Shown here piece by piece: positions 28,593 through 43,124 of a stretch of 64,000 bases of DNA; the first letter of the stretch is position 1; every line of letters begins with the position of its first letter. The position numbers and the translations under genes were made by a program. This stretch comes from Neocallimastix sp. 'constans' (lineage: Eukaryota), in contig JBODTK010000134.1 in assembly GCA_050613775.1 (NCBI GenBank), forward strand, positions 310,001 to 374,000, in the 5' to 3' direction. Below the pieces are notes generated by a model. The model was not told the DNA's origin and ran no database searches. It saw nothing but the letters and a program-made list of their open reading frames with translations.

Positions 28593-30556
28593 CTGGAACT
28601 TCTAAAGTGTAGGTTGGTTTATTAGGATCAAAGTTACGTTGAGATAATGACCATAAATTAATATAACCTTGATGTTTACACCAATTTTCATGATTGTAAG
28701 ATCCATAACTGAAATATATATAATACAAAAAAAAAAAAAAGGTCAGATTAAATAATATAAAAAATTTTATATCCATATATTTAAGGTTAAATATTAATAT
28801 AACAAATCTACTCCAAGTTGCATTAAAATCATATTTATAAAAATATATATATGAATTTTTTTTTTTTTTTTTTTTTTTTTTTATTTTCCTTTTCCCTTTT
28901 TTAAATATCTTTTTTTTTTATTTTAAACTTTTTTCCTTTTTTTTTTTTCCTTTTCTTTTTATTTCTTTTATTTTTTTGTTTTTTGTTTTTTGTTTTTTGT
29001 TATTGTTTTTGGTTTATTTTCATATATATATTTTTTTTTTCATTAAAGATTTTATTTAAATATACGTTCCATATCTATATCTATAACTATATCTAAATCT
29101 ATATCTATATCTATCCATATATACCTAGATGCAATAATAGTTCCTGAATAATTCCAATCTAGGGAAGTACATGTCATATCATCATATTTTACTGGATTCT
29201 TTAATATATGTTTACAAACATTTTCTATGATATTTTCATCCCAATTTGCTTCATAACCTAAGAAATAATAATGAAAATATATATATATATATATAAAATA
29301 AAATAAAATAAAAAAAAAATAAAAAAAATAAAATAAAATAAAAGTAAAAGTAGAAGAAGAAAAAAAAAAAAAAATATTATAATAATAATAAAAAAATGAT
29401 GATAATAATAAAAAATTTAAATAAAATATAAATTTTGATATTAAAACATATTTAGATGCATTTATGTACCAGTATATATATATATATAGAATATTGAATA
29501 ATTATATAATTATTATTAATTTAAAAAAAAAAAAGGAAGAATGAATAGAATAAAAAAAATATTGAAAAAAGAAAGATATTGTTAATAAGTGTTTAATTTA
29601 TTGATATTATTATTTTTAGTTTTTTTTTTCTTTTTTATATATTATTTATTTCATTTTATTTTATAAATATATTGAAAGATATATTCAATAAGTATGCTAT
29701 GAAAGTAAAAAAGAAGAAAAACAAAAAAAAAAAAAAAGTTAAAAAAAAAAAAGATATCCATTTATTTCTATAGAATATTAAAAAAAAAAAAAAAAATAAT
29801 TTTTTTTTTATTATTTAAATTCTAATTCCAATAATAATAATAAATCATAATAATAATCATATCATATCATATTATTATGATAATACCTTTAAAAGATTCA
29901 TCCTTGATATTTTTAAGTAATATTTTTGATACGTAACTTTCAACACTTTTTAAAAAATTTTCTAATCGAATTCGTTGCTGTTCATCCAACTGTAAAAATG
30001 TTTTAGACGTATGATTTTTAATATCGACTTGAACCTTTTTTATTTTTATTTTTTTTTTTTTTAAGTAAAATAATAAATAATAATAATAATAATAATAATA
30101 GCATATATATATATATAGAGAGAGAGAGAAAGAATAAAAATAATATATATAATAATATAATTTATATATATATATATATTTTATTAATTTTCTTTCTTTT
30201 ACATAATGATAAATATTGATATTAAAAATTAAATATATATATAAAATAATAACAATAATACTAAAATATATATATATTTTTTTTAAAAGAAAAAAGAAAA
30301 AAGCAATAGATATATATATAGATAGATAGATAAATTAGTATTATTAAATAATTACAGCAGCATCACTTTGAATGAGACTTTGTACACCTTCATCCATATA
30401 TTTAATAGGATCCGTTTGACAAGAACAAGCCGATGTTTTTACAACTCTTTTCCAAGTAGAATTAAAATTAACATTTTCCTCTTCATTTGAATAATCACTA
30501 AATGTTACAGTATTCGTATTATGTTCTTCTTTATAAGGTGAAGAAGTAGTTAACAT
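25989..30556 (-). CDS. DYNC2I2: WD40-repeat dynein-2 intermediate chain (WDR34/FAP133; retrograde intraflagellar transport)
   Basis: Ten exons: 30556-30356, 30034-29887, 29257-29125, 28708-28594, 28377-28311, 27995-27841, 27664-27394, 27115-26916, 26640-26512, 26258-25989. Motifs TSLDWNYSGTIIASSYGSYNHENWC, WHPKLPSYLLGGLFNGDIVIWN, THQEPVASLSW, HVGPIQNVECSPFHRSLFLTCGSDG, RPSVFAIG. Confidence 0.88.
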
Positions 30557-30971
30557 TTATATATATATATATATATTTTTTAAAAAAAAAAAAAAAACTA
30601 TATTGATTTTAAAGATATATATTTTATAATTAAAATTTAAACTTTTTATTCTATTCTTAAGGTTTTCTTTGAAATAATAATAAAAAAAAAAGTTCTATAA
30701 AATTATATATATATATAAATAGATAATTAAATTTAGAAAAAAAAAAAGTGGGTAATAAAAAAAGAGAAAAGACCAAATATGAGTAATTTTTTTTTTTTTT
30801 TTAATTATTTTCATTATTATTTTTAATAATTAAAATATTCATATATATATATATAATTTTTTAAATAATTTTATTTTTTAATAATTTTTATAAAAATATT
30901 AATATTTTTTAAACATATAATAAAATTAATTTAAATTTAATTAAAATTAATAAATAAATAAATAAATAAAA

Positions 30972-31002
<31 letters not shown>

Positions 31003-31041
31003 TAATAATGATAATAAAAATAATAAAAATAATACAACAAC

Positions 31042-31123
<82 letters not shown>

Positions 31124-31469
31124 TGTATATTAAATATTATTATAATTCATAATTTTTTTTTTATAAAATAAAAAATTTATTAAATAAATAAATATATATT
31201 TTTATATATATTTTTATATATATTTTTATAATTATATATATATTTTAAGTATTAAAAAAAAATTGTTACACGAAAATAATACATATATATTTATATTAAA
31301 AAAAATTTTTTTTTTTTTTTATAATTTAAACTCAGTTATCAAATTGGTTCTAAGGTTAAGAAATAAAAAAAAAAAAAAAAAAAAAAGTAATAAATGAAAA
31401 AGAAAAAAAACTATATATATATTCCTTTAAATAAAATAATTATAATAATTTCTTTTTTCATTCGTTCAT

Positions 31470-31952
31470 TCTAATATTAACCTCAAAACCATGTACTTCA
31501 TATATGCTACAACTGCTATATTTCAATTAATTAAACAGGTTTTATGGCTTGAACATTCAAAACTATATCATTTATACGCAATTATTGCTGTTTTGACCAT
31601 ATATTGATACAGGCTCCAATTATTAAAAATAAACATACAGGGTTTTATGATAAATATATGTTCAAAACCATGTGTTGATAAATCAATATTATCTGGAGCC
31701 TATATCCATAAGTGTCAAAATGGTATGGTTTTTTTTTATACAAAATCTATGCAAAAACTATATGCAAATAAACCCCAAAAAATACAAGGAAGACCGTTAC
31801 GCAATGCAGCTCACGGAGACAAGCGAGAAGATCGAGCACGAAATGCAGTGAAGCTGTGTAGATCTGTCCAGATTAGTCGAGAGTGAGCAATTCATTCATT
31901 CATTCATTTATTATTTTCTCCTTCTCTTCTCTTAACATTCGATCTAATATTA
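31470..31952. other. Structured, CpG-rich intergenic island (probable non-autonomous mobile element or ncRNA locus)
   Basis: Inverted arms at 31591-31618 and 31694-31720; internal direct repeats TCAAAACCATGT; CpG-rich 31788-31890; flanking direct 10-mer TCTAATATTA. Confidence 0.4.
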
Positions 31953-32199
31953 TAGGTTATTAAAAATTCATTTCCTTTTTTTTTTTTTTTATTTTTTATT
32001 CTATACATATATTCTTTCAATAAATTTTCTTTATTTTATTTTTATTTTTTATTTTTATTTTTATTTTTATTTACTAATTATAAGTTTTTATTTATAATGA
32101 AAATAATAATAATAATAATAAAAATTTAAAAAAAAAAAAGATCCTCTTGAATTATAAATATTAATTTAACAATAACAATAATACATCATTTAAAAAAAA

Positions 32200-32235
<36 letters not shown>

Positions 32236-32423
32236 AATATATAACAAATAAATAAATAAATAAATAAATAAAACTTTATATTTATAATCTTTTTTATAAT
32301 TTTTATTTTTTTTTTATCTTTATTTTTATTTTTATTTTATTTTATTTTATTTTATTTTTTTTATACATATTATAATTGCCAAGTAATATAAAATAAGAAA
32401 TAATAGTGAGAGTGAGAATGAGA

Positions 32424-35215
<2,792 letters not shown>

Positions 35216-35287
35216 TTTGATATTATTTTAATTTATTTATTTATATTTTTTAATTTTACATATATATATTTTTATTTTTGCTTTTTG

Positions 35288-35335
<48 letters not shown>

Positions 35336-36508
35336 TTAAATATTTTAAAATATTATTGTAAATGAAATAAATAAATGATTATATGATTATATATAATTGA
35401 TATATTTAATTAGTATGTTTTTTGTTTTTTTTTTTTTTTTTTTGATAGAAATTAACAATTGAATTTGAAATTTTTTAAAAAAAAAAAAAAGATTTTTTTT
35501 TTTTTTACAAGAAAATTTAATTACTGTATAAATGAATATAATGAATATATATATATATTTTAATAAAAAAAATATTAATGATATCTATAGATTAATTTGT
35601 AGCTATATATTATCCCTTTTATTATTTTTATTATTATTATTTTTATTATTTTCCTTTTTCATTATAAAATTTCAATAACAACATTTTCTTTTCTTTTTCT
35701 TTTTCTTTTTTTTATATTTTCTTTTCTTATCTTTTATTTGATTAAAATTTTAGAATTATTAATGAAATTTTTAATTTTTAATTGTTAATTGTTAATTGTG
35801 AATTTTTAAATTTTTTAATTTTTCAATTTTTCGATTTTTCAATTTTTCTTTTTTATTATCCTTTTTCTTTTTTCATGTATGTATCCTTATATATATATAT
35901 ATTTATATATAATAATGAAATTGATTGAAATGTATATATATTATTTTTATTTTTATTAATATATTGTTATTAAAGATATATGGTATGGTATTTAGTATTA
36001 AAACTTTCACTTTTTAATAATTCTTAATATTTTTTTTTCAATATATTATATTTATTATATTTATTTTTGTATTTATTTATTTATTTATTATAATTGCGAA
36101 TCCATTGAAATTTCAAATTTTAATATTTATTATAAAGGTATTTATTAATATTGATGAAATTTATTATTTATTATTCATAGTTTTTTCCCTTTTTATAAAA
36201 AAAAAAAAATAAATAAAAAAATAATAATAATGAAAAGAAAAAAACAGATTAAAATTTTGATTTCTATATTTTTTAATAAAAAAAGATTCCTGAAAATAAT
36301 TTTTTAGAATAATTATATGTAATATATATATGTTTGAATATTAAATATAAAAAATAATAAAAAAATAAAATAATGATAAAAAAAAGTTAATAATAAAATT
36401 TAGTTTAATTTTAAATTAAAAAATAAATAAGAAACATTTAATTTATTAGAGTTTTTACCTTTTTAATTCAAAAGTTATTCCAATCTTTCTTTCTATTTTA
36501 TTTTATTA

Positions 36509-36559
<51 letters not shown>

Positions 36560-38316
36560 TGTTGTTTTTTCAACAATTTTAAGAGTAATATATTTATATA
36601 AGGAAGTAAATAAATAAAAATCAATAAAAAAATTTTTTATTAATAAAAATTAATTTTAAAATCCTTTGAAAACTTGGATAAATTAATATATAAATGTTTA
36701 AATAAATGAATAAATAAATATTTAAATAAATAAATATTAATTATATATAATATATATAATATATATATAAAAAAATATATATATAAATTTAATTAATTAA
36801 AAAAAATAAAAAAATAAATAAATAAATAAATTTTCTTTTTGGTATTTATTATAATTATTATTATTAAATAATTTTAATTCATGATTAATAAATTATTTTA
36901 TAAAATAAATAAATAATTAAATCTATATTTTATATATGTTCTATGTTAATTATATACAATAATTTTATATAATATTAAAGTTTTTTATTTTTTTTAAAAA
37001 AAAAAAAAAGTTAAAAAAAAATTAATGAAAGACAAATTATTAGGAATAAAAGGGATAAAACCGCAAATAAAATTTAATCAAAAATAATACAAAGGAATGG
37101 TTCAGATCTCCTTTTAGATATCAAATCCGATAATTATTTTTTTTTTATTTATTTTTTTATTTATTATTTTATTTATTATTTTATTTATTATTTTATTTTA
37201 TTTTATTTATTATTTTATTTTATTTTTTTTTATTTAATTATATTTTATTATTGTTTTATTATTATATTTTATTTTTTATTTTTATAATGAAAAAGAAGAA
37301 AAAAACTTTATTTAATTTACCTTTTATATTATATATTAAATTCTTTTTGATATTTTAATTATATATATATTATTATGTATAATTTTGTTTTTATATATAT
37401 ATTTTTTTTTTGCTTTTTTTTTTTTGCTTTTATTTTACTTTAATATTATATAAAAAAAAATTTTTTTTTTTCTATATTAAATCTAATTACCTTTATGACA
37501 TATTAATATAAAAGGAATAAATAAAATAATAAAAAAAGATTTTTATTTTCTATTAAACCATTTTATGTAAAAATAAAATAACAAATAAAATATAAAAATT
37601 ATATAACAAATAAAATAACAAATAAAATAATAATAAAAATATATATATAATAAATTATTAGATTTTTACTTTTAATTTTTATTCTTATTCAAAGTTAAAT
37701 TTTATTTTTATGTAGATAAAAATGTATATATATTTTTGGTATTCATCATAGAATAAAAAAATATATATATATAAACATCTAAAAATACTCTTAAGTTTTT
37801 ATTTAAAAAGTTGATATAGATTCAATAATAATAGTGTAACAATAATATATAAAATATAAAAATTATATACCAAATAGTAAATAAATATTAAGTAAATAGT
37901 AAATAAATACTAAATTATTAATTATACATTAAAAAATAATAAATAAAGATTCATATAAGAATAACAATTTATAAAAGCTATAGTTGTATGAAATTGAAAT
38001 ATTATATTATTATTATTATTAAAACAAATGTTAAGTATAACAGCAGTTAATATGAAAACTTTACAACAATTTTAATATTGACATAATAATAATTTTTATT
38101 TTAATTTTTTTAAAAAAAAAATAAAAATAAATAAATAAATTAAATAAATTAATAATGAATAATTAAATTACTAAATAAAAAAAATTTTCTTTATTTAAAC
38201 TTTCATATATATATTTATTATATATTGTAATACATAGTAATATATGCTGTATTTAAATTATTTAATTTAAAATGATAAATCATGTCAAATTAATTTTATA
38301 GAAAAAAAAAGATGAA

Positions 38317-38399
38317 AAATGGTTGATACATCCGTTCATCTATTCACCCATTCCTTCATTTCTAATTAAATTTGGAATTATGAAATGTATCAACTATTT
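38317..38399. repeat. Small MITE-like fold-back with 15-bp terminal inverted repeats
   Basis: AAATGGTTGATACAT ... ATGTATCAACTATTT (14/15 complementary). Confidence 0.5.
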
Positions 38400-38702
38400 C
38401 TTAATTATTATTATTATTATTATTATTTTTAAAAAAAAAAAAAAAGAATTTAAAATATTTTAAAAAAAAAAGAATTCTTGTTATAATAACCACAATATAT
38501 TTATTTATTTATTTATTTTATAAAAATAAATATATATATATTTACAGCCGCAATTATTGCGAACTTTAAACTTTATTTATTTATTCATTTATTAATTACA
38601 TGAATAATTTTTTTTTTTATTTTTTATTTTTTTTTTTTTTTTTTTATATAAAAGACCCATAATTAATAATAATATAAAAATTATTATTATTTGTCCAATA
38701 AG

Positions 38703-39007
38703 TTAGGGATCAAATGATACTCAGGTAGGTATGTTTTCTATATTTCTAACACTTTAAGAATCTTATTGGGTAAGCCTTGTCTGAAAGGATTACAGTTTCC
38801 AGCTCCTCTGGGATGGCAAGGACGCCACCTATAGTGGACTCTGCTTTCCCTTAAGGATCGCGTAGAGTACTTCTCTATGGAGTTTCTTTGCTTATAGGAA
38901 GTAGCGAGCGTCGACGCCGTACCGGTATGGTAGTTAAACATATACCTATATTAACATATGGGGGAGACAAAAGTCTTCAGTCTATAAAAAAAAAAAAAAA
39001 AAAAAAA
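38703..39007 (+). mobile_element. Short poly(A)-tailed retroposed insert (5'-truncated LINE) with perfect 12-bp TSD
   Basis: TTGTCCAATAAG at 38691-38702 and 39008-39019; poly(A) tail; terminal motif AGCGTCGACGCCGTACCGGTATGG (SVDAVPVW). Confidence 0.9.
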
Positions 39008-39104
39008 TTGTCCAATAAGAACATTATAATATTTTAAATAGTAATGTGAAATAATAATAATAATAATATTCGGAATAAAGTATATAAATAAATTTTGAAA
39101 AAAG

Positions 39105-39382
39105 TTCATAGGCAAACGAATCTCACCTCCAAGATTATAAGGTTTCTGTTTAAAGAGAATTTTTATTTCAGATTAGGGTTTGAATTGACTCTCTAAAAGA
39201 AATTATGGTCTACTTCTTCAGAGACATTGATTGAACCCCTGCTACCCTGTCTTATTGTATTTTCAGCGTTGACGTTCCTTGATTAGCTTGCGCTTATACT
39301 CACGAAATAGCAACCCTTGTTGAGTACAAGCCTTAGGCATAATTTCAGTACAGAGATATAAAATCTTTTGAAAAAAAAAAAA
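39105..39382 (+). mobile_element. Older poly(A)-tailed LINE 3' remnant
   Basis: GC-richer island with AGCGTTGACGTT (SVDV) about 100 bp before an A tract. Confidence 0.55.
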
Positions 39383-39430
39383 TAAAAATTAAAATAAAAA
39401 ATAAATTCTTGTTATAATAACCACAATTTA

Positions 39431-39464
<34 letters not shown>

Positions 39465-39878
39465 TTTTTTCAAAAATTAATTATAAATAAAATAAAATAA
39501 AATGAATTCAAAAAAAAAAAAAAAAAAAAAAAAAAAGTATTATTATTATCATAATTAAATAATAACGAATTTTATTCATCATTAATTCCTATCAATCGAT
39601 ATAGGATTCCCTTAATAAAAATACATTAAAAATTTTTAATTTTTATATATCATTTTATTAATTTATATGTTAATTTTTTATTTTTTATTTTTTATTTTTT
39701 ATTTTTTATTTTTTATTTATTTTTATTGTTTGCATTATTTATTTATTATTTATTTATTTATTATATATTTATTTTAAATAATTATGATTATATGTTTATT
39801 CAATAGTAATCCTTTTATTTTATTTTGTTTTGTTTTGCTTGTTTGTTTGTTTTGTTTGTTTACTTGCTTGCTTGTTTG

Positions 39879-39922
<44 letters not shown>

Positions 39923-40125
39923 ATATAATTTATTTTTATATATACATTTTGAAATGAAATAAATCAAAATTTTAAAATGGGGGTAAATTTAATAAAAAAA
40001 AAAAAATAAAAATAAAAATAAAAAAAAAAGAAAGGAAAAAAAAATTATAGTAATTATTTACATAATAAATAAAAGGTAATATATATATATATATTTCTTT
40101 TCTTTTCTCTTATTTTTCTCTCTCT

Positions 40126-40166
<41 letters not shown>

Positions 40167-40178
40167 TTATTTATTTAT

Positions 40179-41759
40179 TTATTTTTCCTCTTCAGGTTTA
40201 TACTCATCTGGATCAAGCATATTTTTAGGATTTACCCATTCATCAAATTCTTCCGCAGTAAGAAGATTTAATTTTATACCGGCTTCCTTTAAGGTAATAT
40301 TTTCTTTATAGGCAGTCTTAGAAATCATAGCAGCCTTTTCATAACCAATATGTGGATTTAAGGCTGTAACAAGCATTAAACTGTTATCCAAGTAACTCTT
40401 AATCCTCTTTTCATTAGGAACAATACCTACAATACAATTCTTGGTGAAAGAGATACAGGCATCAGAGATAATTTGAATGGATTGTAAGAGACATTTAATA
40501 ATAATTGGTTTATAAACATTTAATTCAAAATGACCATTTGATCCAGCAACCGTAATGGTGGTATGATTACCGATGACTTGACAACAAACCATAGTCATGG
40601 CCTCACATTGAGTAGGATTAACCTTACCAGGCATAATACTTGATCCTGGTTCATTTTCAGGAAGGAATAATTCATGGATACCACATCTTGGACCACATCC
40701 TAATAAACGAATATCATTAGCAATTTTCATTAATGAAGTAGCCAATGTATTTAATGCACCACTAGCTTCTACACAAGCATCACAGGCAGCTAAAGCTTCA
40801 AATTTATTTGGAGCTGTTATGAATTCATAACCTGTAAGTTCAGAAATTTTAGCAGCTACCTTAACATCAAAACCAACCTTTGTATTTAAACCAGTACCAA
40901 CAGCAGTACCACCAATAGCTAATTGAGAAAGTCTTGGAAGAACGGATTCAACTCTTTGAATACCATATTTAACTTGTGTACTATAACCAGAGAATTCTTG
41001 ACCAAGAGTTAATGGTACAGCATCCTGAAGATGGGTTCTACCACACTTAATAATATGATTGAATTTTTTTGAACAATCCTCTAAAGCATTATAGAGGGTA
41101 GTTAATGCTGGAATTAAATTTTGTTTAATTTCAGTGACAGCAGCAATATGCATAGTTGTTGGAAAACTATTATTGTTTTTTTTTTTTTTTTTATCATTTT
41201 TTTTGAATTATTATAAATTTATTGTTTTTATATTGTTGTTGTGGTTTTTATTGTTGTTGTGGTTGTTATTGTTGTTGTTATTGTTGTTGTTGTTGTTATT
41301 GTTGTTGTTGTTATTGTTGTTGTTGTTAATATTAATAGAAGTAGTAACAAAAGAAGTAATAATAGTAATAATAATATGAGAAGTTAGAGTCATAGTAATT
41401 AAATTGTCATAGATGATATTTCAAATATTCATTATAATCAATAATTAAAATATCAGATATTATTAAAATTTATTTTAGTTTTATTTTTATTCCATATTAA
41501 TAATTATTATAATATATATAAATGCAATATAAAATTAATATATAAATATATATATTAAATTATTTTCTACATAAACATACGTATCATTAGAAGATTGAGA
41601 CATATTAACATGATCATTAGGATGAATTTTAGTTCCATTTCCTAAAATTTCACTAGCTCTATTAGCCACTACTTCATTGACATTCATATTTGTGTGAGTA
41701 CCGGAACCTGTTTGATAAACAACTAATGGGAAATGATCCATAAGTTTACCAGAAATAAC

Positions 41760-41792
<33 letters not shown>

Positions 41793-42777
41793 TATATATA
41801 ATAGATAACAGATATATAAAATATATAAATATATATTTTATTAATATTATTATTATATTTATTGTTGAAATTGAAATTCAATAATTGTGATGATATAATT
41901 TTTTTTTCTTAAAAAAAATAATAATAAAATAAAATAATTTATATATTTATATATATTTCATTTAATAAAATATTTATAAGCAATTTCATACTTCATCACA
42001 AGCCTTCACAATTGCTTCACCAATCTCCTTGTCAAGACCGAAAGACATATTGACGATTGCGGCAGCCTTCTTTAAAACACCGAAGGAACGAATAACGGCC
42101 TCTGGCATAACTGATTTTTTACCACCTATAGCGAAGTTTTGAAGAGACCTTCATACACACATATATATAATAACAATATATATATAAAAATTACATTTTT
42201 TATAACAAGAAAAAAAAAAAAAAAAAAAAAAAAATTAAAATTAATAGGATATGAAATGAAACAAACAAAAAAGGATATAACATTTATCATAATAATTATT
42301 TATTACATATAAAATAAAATAAAATAAAATAAAATAAAATAAAATAAAATAAAATAAAATAATAATTATAATAATTATAATAATAATAATAATAAAAATA
42401 ATAATAATAATAATATAAGTATCATTATAAATAAAATAATAATAATAACTATTATTATAATTATATATAATAAATAAATAATAATTTATTTCTTATTTTT
42501 ATTATTTTATTATATTCATAGTTACCTTTGAGTTTGAGCTCCCCAATAACGATCATATGGAACACGAATTTCACCGAAAGTATCATGTTCAATTTTATAT
42601 TTTTGTTCAACTGTATCTTCTCTATAAATATATAAACAGATATAGATATATAAATAGATATAGATATATAAATATAATAATAAATAAAATAACAATAACA
42701 ATTGAAATAGCAAAATAATTAATAATAATAATAATTAATATCATTTTCAATTACTTAATTTTCTTAATTTTTTATTC

Positions 42778-42828
<51 letters not shown>

Positions 42829-43035
42829 TTAATAATATTAATAATATTAAAACAATTCTTAACAAAGAATTGTTTTAATATTATTAGCAAATTATTTTTT
42901 AAGAAATATGAAATATTTCATATATCTTTTCATTTTAAAATATTTTTATTTTTATTTACACTGAATAATATTATATGAAGAATGTAATATCAATTCTTTA
43001 TATTAAAAATAAAGAAAAAATAAAAATTAACTAAA

Positions 43036-43101
<66 letters not shown>

Positions 43102-43124
43102 TTGAAAATTTATATTTACTTCAT
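40179..43124 (-). CDS. FUM1: Class II fumarate hydratase (fumarase)
   Basis: Exons 43124-43120 (ATGAA), 42621-42526, 42148-41992, 41759-41581, 41166-40179. Motifs [49 protein letters not shown] and the signature [15 protein letters not shown]. Confidence 0.96.

Noticed and set aside
31818..31857. U6 snRNA-like words (GAGAAGAT..AGCA, CACG.AAAT..GTGAAGC)
   Set aside because: The invariant ACAGAGA box is not intact, and the internal stem-loop and 3' oligo-U are missing.
31647..31886. 79-aa ORF as a protein gene
   Set aside because: No recognisable motif and it overlaps the inverted-repeat structure; likely incidental to higher GC.
38738..38941. 67-aa minus-strand ORF
   Set aside because: Antisense to the poly(A)-tailed retro-insert.
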